DNA from: a virus
IMG/VR virus record: IMGVR_UViG_3300031669_000021
Coordinates: 1-64,000 of that record
Reading direction: 5' to 3' (one strand)
Length of the DNA: 64,000 nucleotides
Of this stretch, positions 16,689 to 25,350 are shown piece after piece (position 1 is the first letter of the stretch; the number at the start of each line of letters is the position of its first letter). A program made the position numbers and the translations under genes. A model generated the notes under the pieces. It had not been told where the DNA came from, did not search any database, and saw only the letters and a list, made by a program, of their open reading frames with translations.

Positions 16689-17559
16689 ACTTAGAGAATA
16701 TTCGGATTTACACTTAGATTGGTATTTTAGCGGCGGTGTGCCGTTTAATGCTGAGACGGGACAGATGAAGTGCTGGTTTCCGCCAGATTTACCCGATGAC
16801 AAAGAAACTACGTTGATTTTGGCCGGCGATCTTTGGGTAGGAACTAAATGGATTGAGTTTGCTACCTTCTCGTGGATTGGGAAAGTTGCTCCCAAATTCA
16901 AACAAGTTTTAGTGGTGCTGGGCAACCATTGTTATTGGCCGTGTAACCACGCACTGACTATTCAGGAAGGAGCGACCAAGTGCAACAATCTGCTCAAAGA
17001 TATGGGATTATATAATGTCAAAGTATTAGACATGGATACTTATGCAGACGGAGATTACTTGTTTGTTGGTTGCACACTGTGGACTGATATGAACAAGGGC
17101 GAGCCGCTTGCTATGCACAACATGTCAAATTTCATGGCATATGACGGCAAAATTGCCTACGAAACAGGTCTAAACGGGATGTATAGTCGCTTTACCAGCG
17201 ATAAATGGGTTCAGACTCATATGAAGCACCGTGACTACATTAAACACGTTGCAGCACAAAATCGCGACAAAAAGTTGATTGTTATCACTCATCACTTACC
17301 ACTTATGCATTTGGGTGATCCTGTTTATCAAGGAAATGCCAGCAATGCTTATTACATGAGCGATTTGTCGGATTTGATACTCGATAACGATAATATCAAG
17401 ATGTGGTTCTTTGGCCATACTCATCACCAAAGCGACACGACGTTCCCGCCGTACGCAAAAACAGGTGATGGATGCAGGATGATCAACAACTGTGTCGGGT
17501 ATCAGGGTGAACACATGGAACAATTGGGTTTGGTCAGACACGAGGTGATTGAGATCTAA
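16681..17559 (+). CDS. calcineurin-like metallophosphoesterase
   Basis: SDLHLD, GDLW, GNHC, ITHH, GHTHH metal-ligand motifs in canonical order; ATG 16681 overlaps previous stop. Confidence 0.7.
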   Translation: MIKLREYSDLHLDWYFSGGVPFNAETGQMKCWFPPDLPDDKETTLILAGDLWVGTKWIEFATFSWIGKVAPKFKQVLVVLGNHCYWPCNHALTIQEGATKCNNLLKDMGLYNVKVLDMDTYADGDYLFVGCTLWTDMNKGEPLAMHNMSNFMAYDGKIAYETGLNGMYSRFTSDKWVQTHMKHRDYIKHVAAQNRDKKLIVITHHLPLMHLGDPVYQGNASNAYYMSDLSDLILDNDNIKMWFFGHTHHQSDTTFPPYAKTGDGCRMINNCVGYQGEHMEQLGLVRHEVIEI

Positions 17560-17571
17560 GAATATCTCATT

Positions 17572-17603
17572 GAAGGGCTGGGTAAAACCAGCCCTTCTTC
17601 TTT
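17572..17603 (+). terminator. rho-independent terminator
   Basis: GAAGGGCTGG-GTAAAA-CCAGCCCTTC hairpin plus TTCTTTG. Confidence 0.6.
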
Positions 17604-17671
17604 GACTAAAATATCTTCTGTCTCTTTTCTGTAGGAGCACAAATACAATATTAGCATAATGAGGAACAACA

Positions 17672-17860
17672 ATGGCCACAAACTCTACAGAATTTCTCAG
17701 ATATTTGATTGATTTTATCGATTCTAAGAAAGCAGAAGAATCAGCAGAAGAGCAATCTTCTCCGACAATTATTATCAACATTGAGAAAAACGACGATAAT
17801 GAAGACATAGATCTCGAGGATGACAACTGCAAAAATAGAAAAACACAACGATATAAATAG
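17672..17860 (+). CDS. acidic small protein 62 aa
   Basis: track ORF. Confidence 0.4.
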   Translation: MATNSTEFLRYLIDFIDSKKAEESAEEQSSPTIIINIEKNDDNEDIDLEDDNCKNRKTQRYK

Positions 17861-18176
17861 TTTACGCTCAATTAAATTGACTAGCGGTTATACTGATTCT
17901 AACGGAATAGTTTGGTCCACTGATTCGCAAAGCGTAACGGATCTTAATATTACTGTTGGCCTAATTGCTACTGGTGCGATATCGGGAAATCTTACATGGA
18001 GAGACGACTTAAACATTAATCATACTATGACATCACAAAACATAGTTCAACTTGCCGGTGGAATGGCTCTAACTGGTCAACAGATTTACGCTGCAAGTTG
18101 GTCTCACAAAGCAAATGTTGATGTATTAACATCGGTTTCGTCAATATCGTCATACGACATAACTACCGGTTGGTAA
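17820..18176 (+). CDS. hypothetical protein 118 aa
   Basis: track ORF. Confidence 0.45.
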   Translation: MTTAKIEKHNDINSLRSIKLTSGYTDSNGIVWSTDSQSVTDLNITVGLIATGAISGNLTWRDDLNINHTMTSQNIVQLAGGMALTGQQIYAASWSHKANVDVLTSVSSISSYDITTGW

Positions 18177-18241
18177 ATTAACCAAAATAGTTGATTCTTG
18201 TTGACTATATCTGTTATTCTTAATAATCATAAGGATAAACA

Positions 18242-18631
18242 ATGTCAATAAATGACCCAAACGACTGTAAACCATACGGAACCAATACGATACCAAGTTA
18301 CACAACCGCTACCAATGCCACAATTGTTTCTGGAACCTCGTATACTATACCGACAAGTACATATGGTGTCGCAGGTGTGGGGATGGCAGGCACTGCTACT
18401 ACCGCGTGGTATAATGGGAATCTTGGCCATGTTGTGATGACTCAACCGGTAAAGGCACCTGATGTAATAATCGACGGTGTAAGCATGAAAGATTCTATTG
18501 CGAAGATACAAGAACGGTTAGCAATCCTCGTCCCAGACCCAGATCTACTTGAAAAATATGAATCACTAAAAGAACTCTATTCTCAATACAAAATGATGGA
18601 AGCACTTCTTAAAGAAGAAACAAAGAAATGA
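18242..18631 (+). CDS. hypothetical protein 129 aa
   Basis: track ORF; SD AAGGAT. Confidence 0.5.
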   Translation: MSINDPNDCKPYGTNTIPSYTTATNATIVSGTSYTIPTSTYGVAGVGMAGTATTAWYNGNLGHVVMTQPVKAPDVIIDGVSMKDSIAKIQERLAILVPDPDLLEKYESLKELYSQYKMMEALLKEETKK

Positions 18632-19026
18632 GTAGAGAAGAAAAAATTAAATCTTTTTGCGATAAGTATTTTGTTAGCATCATTGACAAGTCACGGCGTT
18701 TTCTAAGACATCGTCCATCAGAGTATTTCTCTTACGCTCACGACAAAGATTTATGTCAAAATCCATTAGAAGTCGAATCAGAACCATTACTCACTGTTAC
18801 CATCCCTCTTAGCAAATTAGAAGCAATCGCTGAGATAGAAGGATTGTTCTTCAATAATATCGAAGATGTTTATAGCCGCCGAATATTTGAAACCTGGATG
18901 GACTCACAGGCAGAAGAAAAACATCTTCGACAAAAATATCCCACCGTTCAAGCCGCATATGAACAATACAGCATGACCCTTCATCTCTGCCGAGAAAAAC
19001 CTAATAAATTCAAGACATTAGACTAA
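18628..19026 (+). CDS. hypothetical protein 132 aa
   Basis: track ORF; ATGA overlap. Confidence 0.5.
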   Translation: MSREEKIKSFCDKYFVSIIDKSRRFLRHRPSEYFSYAHDKDLCQNPLEVESEPLLTVTIPLSKLEAIAEIEGLFFNNIEDVYSRRIFETWMDSQAEEKHLRQKYPTVQAAYEQYSMTLHLCREKPNKFKTLD

Positions 19027-19036
19027 CATATTTCGC

Positions 19037-19064
19037 TTGACTTTCTCCTCATTTAGTGTATAAT
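19037..19064 (+). promoter_or_regulatory. sigma70-type early promoter, cassette variant
   Basis: TTGACT 19037-19042, 16 nt, TG-TATAAT 19057-19064. Confidence 0.55.
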
Positions 19065-19087
19065 AGTCCTATAATGTAAGGAAGTTT

Positions 19088-19366
19088 ATGGAAAATCACA
19101 AGAGATATTTTATCCACAGGACCAACAGTGATGGTTCTCTTGAATATCGATATCAGACCGGAGAGTGGCGCGATGATTTTAAGGACGCGCAGTTATGGGC
19201 CAGCAAAGAATTTGCAATTAAGAAAGCAAAAGAGTTGAAGAAAAGCGACCTTAACTGGCAGAAAGATTCAGAATTCTGCGGACCATACACTGGGCCTAAA
19301 TTGACCGGCATGTATGTCGGTGAAGTAACAGTAACATATAACGATCAAGATTGGGAAGAAGTATGA
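19088..19366 (+). CDS. hypothetical protein 92 aa
   Basis: track ORF; stop overlaps pnk start. Confidence 0.5.
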   Translation: MENHKRYFIHRTNSDGSLEYRYQTGEWRDDFKDAQLWASKEFAIKKAKELKKSDLNWQKDSEFCGPYTGPKLTGMYVGEVTVTYNDQDWEEV

Positions 19367-20265
19367 ACAAAGCAATAATCACAGTAGGAATTTCAGCATC
19401 AGGCAAGTCAACCTTTGCGGATGAGTGGCTTAACGCAGGGCCTAATCGCGTCCGCATCGAGCGAGATCTTGTGCGTAAGGCACTGGTCGAAGCCGACGGG
19501 AAAGAATGGTCTTGGGACAAATGGAACTGGAAAAGAGAAAGCGAAGTTACTGCCATCATCAATCGCAGAATCGAAGCATGTGCAGGATCACATGACATCA
19601 TCCTGTCAGATACCAATCTGCACACTGGTCGTCGTAATACTCTTGTCAAGTGGCTTGAGTCTCTTGGCTACGAAGTCGAAGTGAAAATGTTTCCCGTATC
19701 AATCGAGGAAGCATGGAAGCGTGATGCAAAACGCGCAAATGGCGTAGGACATTCTGTCATTGCAAAACAATACGAGCAAAATCTCGAAAACAGCACACGA
19801 CGTCGTTATGTAGCTGACCCAAATAAACCAGCCTGCATCTTGGTTGATATCGACGGAACACTTGCTCATATGAACGGTAAGCGCGGTGCATTTGAATGGG
19901 AGAAGGTTGGTCTTGATGTCGTCGACGAGGCAGTTCGAGCTATTGTCAATCGCTTTGCATTCCGTGATGATGGTAGCACAGAAACAGACACCGTAGTTAT
20001 TGCACTCTCTGGGCGTGACGGTATTTGCGAGCCAGAAACACGGCAGTGGTTAAAGGACAACGATGTTGGATTCCACAAACTTTTTATGCGAGCACCAAAC
20101 GATATGCGAAAAGATACAATCGTCAAGGAAGAAATCTTCTGGCGAGATATTGCAGACAACTACAGTGTTCTGTTCGCTATCGACGACCGCCCAAGTGTTG
20201 CAAGAATGTGGCGTGAATTGGGAGTAAAAGTATTTCAAGTTGGCAATCCTCACATTGAATTTTAA
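19363..20265 (+). CDS. pseT: polynucleotide 5'-kinase / 3'-phosphatase (T4 Pnkp)
   Basis: N-terminal P-loop GISASGKST and ISDTNL; C-terminal HAD phosphatase VDIDGTLAHMNGKRG, RKDTIVKEEIFW, AIDDRPSV..MWRELGV; co-linear with T4 PseT. Confidence 0.85.
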   Translation: MNKAIITVGISASGKSTFADEWLNAGPNRVRIERDLVRKALVEADGKEWSWDKWNWKRESEVTAIINRRIEACAGSHDIILSDTNLHTGRRNTLVKWLESLGYEVEVKMFPVSIEEAWKRDAKRANGVGHSVIAKQYEQNLENSTRRRYVADPNKPACILVDIDGTLAHMNGKRGAFEWEKVGLDVVDEAVRAIVNRFAFRDDGSTETDTVVIALSGRDGICEPETRQWLKDNDVGFHKLFMRAPNDMRKDTIVKEEIFWRDIADNYSVLFAIDDRPSVARMWRELGVKVFQVGNPHIEF

Positions 20266-20272
20266 GGATATC

Positions 20273-20728
20273 ATGAGCAAAATAGCAGAAATAAAAACAG
20301 CACAACTGACAGCAAGAAAGGCACGTGATTCGATCACTGCTACATTGCTAACAACTATTATCGGCGAAGCAGAAATGGTCGGCAAGTCCGCCGGTAATCG
20401 CGAATCAACTGACGAAGAAGTTCTGGTCGTGCTGAAAAAGTTCGAGAAGAACATGCTGGAAAATCTACGCATTTACAATGCTCGAAGCATTGAGTATCAC
20501 AATGCAGCAGCGGCAGTCGAAACAGAACTTGAGATTGTCCGCAGGTTCTTGCCAGAGAAATTGACCAACTTGCAGGTCGAGAAAGATATTGGCACAGTTA
20601 TGCAAAAGTTGAATCTGGCCAAAGAACAACAGTCTCTTGGGATTATTGTCAAAGAGCTGAGAGCAAAATATGGCGATCAGTTTGATGGACAGCAAGTCTC
20701 GGGAACGTTTAAGCAAATGTTAGTTTAA
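20273..20728 (+). CDS. YqeY/GatB-C-terminal-domain-like protein
   Basis: Pattern similarity to YqeY (..SDEE..VLKKFEK..LPEKLT..); weak. Confidence 0.4.
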   Translation: MSKIAEIKTAQLTARKARDSITATLLTTIIGEAEMVGKSAGNRESTDEEVLVVLKKFEKNMLENLRIYNARSIEYHNAAAAVETELEIVRRFLPEKLTNLQVEKDIGTVMQKLNLAKEQQSLGIIVKELRAKYGDQFDGQQVSGTFKQMLV

Positions 20729-20738
20729 GGAGAGAAGA

Positions 20739-20933
20739 ATGTTTGGTTTTCTAAATCCGTTACGCACTCGTTATCGCGTGAAAAAAGTGTTTGATGGTTA
20801 TAAGGTTGAATACAGCGGTCTAACTACTGGTTATTCTTGGGCAAGGCAAGCAACAACTGCAACCCTTGATGAGGCAAAGCAAGTCATTGCTCAAATGAAA
20901 AACCCAGTTTCTGATATTGTTCATAAGGAGTAA
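20739..20933 (+). CDS. hypothetical protein 64 aa
   Basis: track ORF; SD AAGGAGAG. Confidence 0.45.
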   Translation: MFGFLNPLRTRYRVKKVFDGYKVEYSGLTTGYSWARQATTATLDEAKQVIAQMKNPVSDIVHKE

Positions 20934-20938
20934 CAAGC

Positions 20939-21115
20939 ATGGCAAAAGGTTTTATTTTTATGTTGGGGTTTTGGGCGTTTGTGTCGTTCGGAATCTTTTT
21001 GTTTTCGCACTTGAGCAAAGATGAAAAAGTCTCACTCTTCAAGTGTGGTATGTATGGTCTCGTTACGGCAGTTATTACGGGATTGATTGTTCTTGGAATT
21101 GTTTTTGCATTTTAA
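20939..21115 (+). CDS. small membrane protein 58 aa
   Basis: Two TM segments (FIFMLGFWAFVSFGIFLF, LVTAVITGLIVLGIVFAF); below track cutoff. Confidence 0.4.
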   Translation: MAKGFIFMLGFWAFVSFGIFLFSHLSKDEKVSLFKCGMYGLVTAVITGLIVLGIVFAF

Positions 21116-21140
21116 TCGTAAGTAAACAGGAGAAATAAAG

Positions 21141-21938
21141 ATGAATAAGAAATTAGTTGTGTTGGTAGTATTGGCATTTACCGTGTTGGCATCAGGTTGC
21201 CAGCGTATTGAAACAGGCGAAGTAGGATTGCGGCGCGGCTTTGACAAGCAGATCGAAAAAGTCGAACTTGAGCCCGGCTCGTTCAATCAAGAAATCGTCG
21301 GCGACGTGCTGGTATTCCCAGTCAAGCAGATCGCACTGAACGAAGACAAATTGCAGCCAATGACAGCGGACCACTCGGTCTTGCGCGAACTGGACTTTAC
21401 GGCAATTTACAATATCAACCCAGCGGCTGTTGGCGAACTATACACGACTCGTTCACATGCGCTCAATGCAATTGATAGCAACGGCGATACATTGCTGATG
21501 TATAACTACATGCGAACAATTGCCAACTCGGCGGCATTCAAAGCAGTTAACAAAGTCAATGCGCTTGATGTACCAAACTCGCGTTCACAAATTGAACACG
21601 ACACACTCATGATTATGCGTCAGGCACTTGTTGACGACGGCTTGTCCAATAGCATTACTATTGATCAGGTACAAATCAAGAATGTTACACTGAATCAGTC
21701 GATCATTGACTCAGCACAAAGCGTTATTAATGCTCAAAACGCGCTGAAGGCAAAACAAATCGAAGTCGAGATCGCAAGCAAAGAAGCAGAACGTTTGGCA
21801 ATGTTGAGCAAGAATACTGCAAATATTAGTTACATGCACGCCAAAGCACTGTCGGATATCGCAGAAGGTGTTCGAGAAGGTAAAGTACGTTCCATCATTA
21901 TTCCGATGGACTTCAAAGGAATTATCAACGCAAACTAA
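21141..21938 (+). CDS. SPFH/band-7-like lipoprotein
   Basis: Lipobox LASGC signal; GEVGLRRGFDK..LEPG..VFPV SPFH-like N-terminus; C-terminal coiled coil. Confidence 0.45.
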   Translation: MNKKLVVLVVLAFTVLASGCQRIETGEVGLRRGFDKQIEKVELEPGSFNQEIVGDVLVFPVKQIALNEDKLQPMTADHSVLRELDFTAIYNINPAAVGELYTTRSHALNAIDSNGDTLLMYNYMRTIANSAAFKAVNKVNALDVPNSRSQIEHDTLMIMRQALVDDGLSNSITIDQVQIKNVTLNQSIIDSAQSVINAQNALKAKQIEVEIASKEAERLAMLSKNTANISYMHAKALSDIAEGVREGKVRSIIIPMDFKGIINAN

Positions 21939-21948
21939 GTAATTCCCT

Positions 21949-21990
21949 GTAGCATATTCGTAAGAGTATGCTACGATGGTTTTATTTATT
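21949..21990 (+). terminator. rho-independent terminator
   Basis: GTAGCATA-10nt-TATGCTAC hairpin plus GATGGTTTTATTTATT. Confidence 0.5.
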
Positions 21991-22188
21991 GGAGAGCAAA
22001 TGATTCGTTACCCGCAAGACATGGTTGAGCTTCGATATCTTAAAGTTAAGAAAAACAATCCCTGGCACAAACCAGAACCCAAACTTCAATACCGAATCAA
22101 GAACGTTAGCATTGTTGATTATACAGAAACTTGGTCAGAGTGGAGAGATGTGCCTACAGTGGATTTGGCAGACGAAGATGATGACTAA
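21976..22188 (+). CDS. hypothetical protein 70 aa
   Basis: track ORF. Confidence 0.45.
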   Translation: MVLFIGEQMIRYPQDMVELRYLKVKKNNPWHKPEPKLQYRIKNVSIVDYTETWSEWRDVPTVDLADEDDD

Positions 22189-22384
22189 AGAATTTACTGT
22201 TAGAATTCCAGCATCAAATTTGAGCAAAGTATATAATAGCTTGGGTTTTGTGGCCTATTCGTGGTGCAAGACAAACTGTACAGGGAAGTTTGATTTCGGC
22301 CAAAACATTCCTGAAATAGATATATTTGTGGCTAATTTTGAAAACGAAGAAGATGCCACGCTATTCGCGTTGGTGTGGGCATAA
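22181..22384 (+). CDS. paralog array member A1 (..WCKTNCTGKFDF..FENEEDATLFALVWA)
   Basis: ATG 22181 overlapping previous stop; shared C-terminal module. Confidence 0.5.
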   Translation: MTKEFTVRIPASNLSKVYNSLGFVAYSWCKTNCTGKFDFGQNIPEIDIFVANFENEEDATLFALVWA

Positions 22385-22596
22385 TGCAAACAATCGTACG
22401 GGTTAGTGATCCGTCAATGGACAAAATAAAAGAGATGGATGAGTTTATTGCATCATCCGAGTTAAAACTCATTAAAAAAGAATATACAGATGTAAGTGAT
22501 TTCAGTATATCTGTTGACGAAATATTTTCTTTTACCTTTGGCAACGAAGAAGATGCAACGTTATTTCAACTAAGATTTGTAGGAAGCAATGGCTGA
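22384..22596 (+). CDS. paralog array member A2 (..FGNEEDATLFQLRF)
   Basis: ATG 22384 (TAATG overlap); shared C-terminal module. Confidence 0.5.
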   Translation: MQTIVRVSDPSMDKIKEMDEFIASSELKLIKKEYTDVSDFSISVDEIFSFTFGNEEDATLFQLRFVGSNG

Positions 22597-22942
22597 CCTA
22601 AAATATGTTGCTGGATCTATTTGGCGTAGTCTATTTAATAGAAAATTTTCTCTTGCTGACAATAAGAACGTAAATACTAATGCCACCACAGTCAAAACAT
22701 TTTATAAGGGATTTACTCACATCATTGCCTGGGACGATACTCAATGGTATATGAATAAATTGCCTAAAGCAAGCGATTGGTGCGACAAAAATTGTAAAGG
22801 AACTTACTTCTCGCAGATTCACTGTGTCTACTTTGAAGATAGAATAAACGATTGGGTAATCGACGAGTTAAAAGGCAAGGATTTTTGTTTTTGGGTATTT
22901 GAAAATGAAGAAGATGCAATTATGTTTTCATTAAAGTGGTAA
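22589..22942 (+). CDS. paralog array member A3 (..WCDKNCKGTYF..FENEEDAIMFSLKW)
   Basis: track ORF; SD AGGAAG. Confidence 0.55.
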   Translation: MADLKYVAGSIWRSLFNRKFSLADNKNVNTNATTVKTFYKGFTHIIAWDDTQWYMNKLPKASDWCDKNCKGTYFSQIHCVYFEDRINDWVIDELKGKDFCFWVFENEEDAIMFSLKW

Positions 22943-22943
22943 T

Positions 22944-23120
22944 ATGAATTACACAATTAAAGTATTTAACGTAGACTACGAAGAAGTACAAAAATGGTGC
23001 TCTGATCAATTGGGAGAGCGTGACGTTATTTGGGATGTTCGTGGTCTTTCTTTTATGCCATGGTTTACATTTAAAAACGAGTCTGACGCAGTGATTTTTT
23101 CTTTGCGGTGGGTCAAATGA
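22944..23120 (+). CDS. paralog array member A4, 58 aa (..WCSDQLG..FKNESDAVIFSLRWVK)
   Basis: ATG 22944 to TGA 23118-23120; below track cutoff. Confidence 0.5.
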   Translation: MNYTIKVFNVDYEEVQKWCSDQLGERDVIWDVRGLSFMPWFTFKNESDAVIFSLRWVK

Positions 23121-23524
23121 CATTTATAGAAAAAATTAAAGATAAATGGCTTACCTGGAGAACAGGGTATAATAAAAGTGAACGAGAATATCGAGCCTGG
23201 CGGGATCAGAATATTGCGTCAAATGCAAGCGACGTGACAAATTACTTTCACGGTTATAAGTATGTGATTGCATTAGATTTCAATAAAGTATGCACTGATT
23301 TTGAACCAATGTATGGTAAAATAGAGTCGACAGAATTTTTAAGTTATATGTATCCGCATCGTCCTTTGGGTAAGAACTGTTCATATGGTTGGTTCCGCGG
23401 ATACTGGGATAAATGGGATGGCCGATTCCATTTGAATGATATTGACGACGGAGGGACAGACCACATGTTCATTGCAACTAATAGCGGCAAGGATGCTATA
23501 ATGATAGCATTGAAGTGGTCATGA
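23117..23524 (+). CDS. paralog array member A5 (..NSGKDAIMIALKWS)
   Basis: ATG 23117 overlapping A4 stop (ATGA). Confidence 0.5.
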   Translation: MTFIEKIKDKWLTWRTGYNKSEREYRAWRDQNIASNASDVTNYFHGYKYVIALDFNKVCTDFEPMYGKIESTEFLSYMYPHRPLGKNCSYGWFRGYWDKWDGRFHLNDIDDGGTDHMFIATNSGKDAIMIALKWS

Positions 23525-23820
23525 ATATAGTTAATATAGAGTCTGATAAGATCCTAAACTTAGTCAGTGCCTGTGCGCCGCTAAGAGTAATCGTTACAGT
23601 TCATAGTATCGACGATAGATATTATATTCACTTTGATGGCCGATCAACATATAAAGATGCAAAAAAGTGGCATGTTCTGTGGGAAGGATTTGAAAAATAC
23701 GTATCAGGCATGTTACGCCATTATAATATAAAAGTAAAAAACATCGATATCAAAGACGAATATACTGCAGACTGTTTTATAGGAACACTATTTGATATAC
23801 TGAGCACAAATAATGAATGA
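23521..23820 (+). CDS. array-embedded gene A6 lacking the C-terminal module
   Basis: ATG 23521 overlaps A5 stop; ends ..LFDILSTNNE. Confidence 0.45.
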   Translation: MNIVNIESDKILNLVSACAPLRVIVTVHSIDDRYYIHFDGRSTYKDAKKWHVLWEGFEKYVSGMLRHYNIKVKNIDIKDEYTADCFIGTLFDILSTNNE

Positions 23821-24121
23821 ATTTATAAATTATGACTTTGAGTCAATGTATCCAAACGTCATACACATGTCGACGAAAGGTAAAATTCACATTAGAGAGG
23901 GTTATCGCGGCGAGTGGGTTATAAATCTTCCAGCCAGCAAAAATGATGAGATACTTGCGTGGTGCTACGAGGTATTTGGGGAGCCGGGAAGAAGTAGGAA
24001 ATATAATTGGCGCGTGAGTTGGAGCGATCAAGCAAACGGATATAGCAGTGGCATAGGAGGTCCAAGAATTTTTCTTCGGAGCGAACGAGATGTCACCTTA
24101 TTTAGGTTGAAGTGGGAATAG
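23813..24121 (+). CDS. paralog array member A7 (..AWCYEVFGEPG..ERDVTLFRLKWE)
   Basis: track ORF; ATGAATGA overlap. Confidence 0.55.
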   Translation: MNEFINYDFESMYPNVIHMSTKGKIHIREGYRGEWVINLPASKNDEILAWCYEVFGEPGRSRKYNWRVSWSDQANGYSSGIGGPRIFLRSERDVTLFRLKWE

Positions 24122-24411
24122 TGGATTTTAAGATAATAAAAACAAGAGTAAATATTCCTATGAGACAAATTCAATGGCCTCGGGCAGCAACGGAAAACGG
24201 CATTGTTATGCAACAATATAAAATATTAGAACACGAAAAACAACCAAACGGAGAAGTTTGGTATTCTGTTCGAGTCAATGATGATATTTTACTGTGGCTA
24301 AACGAAACGTTTGAATATGAAACTGACTTTAGAGTAGTTCATCATCTTAAAGGAGTATGGGTTGGTATGAACGAAAAAACACTTGCTCTTCTCCAATTGA
24401 AGTGGTCATAA
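24112..24411 (+). CDS. paralog array member A8 (GEVWYSV..EKTLALLQLKWS)
   Basis: track ORF with GTG start; alternative in-frame ATG 24160. Confidence 0.5.
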   Translation: MGIVDFKIIKTRVNIPMRQIQWPRAATENGIVMQQYKILEHEKQPNGEVWYSVRVNDDILLWLNETFEYETDFRVVHHLKGVWVGMNEKTLALLQLKWS

Positions 24412-24412
24412 T

Positions 24413-24811
24413 ATGTCAGACGAAATTGATAAGAAAATGGAAATGACCAACGCAGTTCTTGAAAAACATCGAGAAGATCTAAAGAAGATGTTTGCTGATA
24501 ACAAAACTAACATACCAGAAGAAAATACGAAAATACTCCTCCCAATGATAAGAAACGTAATGCCATCAATTATCGCCTCCAGTATCGTTAATGTCCAGCC
24601 TATGACCTGGCCAGGAGAAAAATTTGCTATTGGGAAAGAAGAAGAAATCAACGGAGAAGTTTGGTATAACGTAACTTGCGACGACGAAATTTGGCAGTGG
24701 GTCATTGATACTATTGATGACAGTCAATACCAAGACGGAACAAACGAATTTCAGAACAGATTAACACTATCGCCAGAGGCGATGATGATGTTTAAGTTAA
24801 AGTGGTCATAG
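24413..24811 (+). CDS. paralog array member A9 (GEVWYNV..PEAMMMFKLKWS)
   Basis: track ORF; ATG 2 nt after previous stop. Confidence 0.55.
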   Translation: MSDEIDKKMEMTNAVLEKHREDLKKMFADNKTNIPEENTKILLPMIRNVMPSIIASSIVNVQPMTWPGEKFAIGKEEEINGEVWYNVTCDDEIWQWVIDTIDDSQYQDGTNEFQNRLTLSPEAMMMFKLKWS

Positions 24812-24833
24812 TAATCAATAACTTAGAAAGTCC

Positions 24834-24861
24834 TTGACTTTTCGGTAGAAGAGCGTATAAT
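24834..24861 (+). promoter_or_regulatory. sigma70-type early promoter, cassette copy
   Basis: TTGACT 24834-24839, 16 nt, TATAAT 24856-24861, TTTCGG spacer. Confidence 0.6.
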
Positions 24862-24888
24862 AGTTACATTACTTAAAGAGAGACTCAG

Positions 24889-25296
24889 ATGATCGAATAT
24901 GAAGATTTGTCACCTCTTATCCGCGAAAGTCTTGTGCAGTCAAGCGTTCAGCTTATGCGAGATGTCACAGAGGCTTGGGGAAAAGATAAGGGGTTTGAGC
25001 TGTGGGAGAAAATCTCCGAGACACTTGGAGACGGCGTCAAGGGTGATATTTTCTTTGGCATGATTAGCGGGAAACACCTCGAAGTCAGGGTTCGAATCAG
25101 ATCTGCAAGAAATGTTGACAGCCGCGTAAACATGATCAAGGCAGTGAGAACTGCTACGGGAATGGGTCTAAAAGATGCAAAAGATTTTTGTGATGCTGTT
25201 TGGGCCGGAAAACCAGATTCTGTTGTATGCGAAACTTCCGAGGCCGCGAGAACGCTTCTCGCAACGTTGCGAGAACTTGGGTGCGACGCAGTATGA
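24889..25296 (+). CDS. protein with ribosomal L7/L12 C-terminal-domain-like module
   Basis: VNMIKAVRTATGMGLKDAKDFCDAV..SEAARTLLATLRELGCDAV aligns to bL12 CTD [43 protein letters not shown]. Confidence 0.6.
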   Translation: MIEYEDLSPLIRESLVQSSVQLMRDVTEAWGKDKGFELWEKISETLGDGVKGDIFFGMISGKHLEVRVRIRSARNVDSRVNMIKAVRTATGMGLKDAKDFCDAVWAGKPDSVVCETSEAARTLLATLRELGCDAV

Positions 25297-25350
25297 TTAC
25301 GATAAAAGACATAATCGCGATGGAACGCCGCTATAAGATCGGAGATAAAA

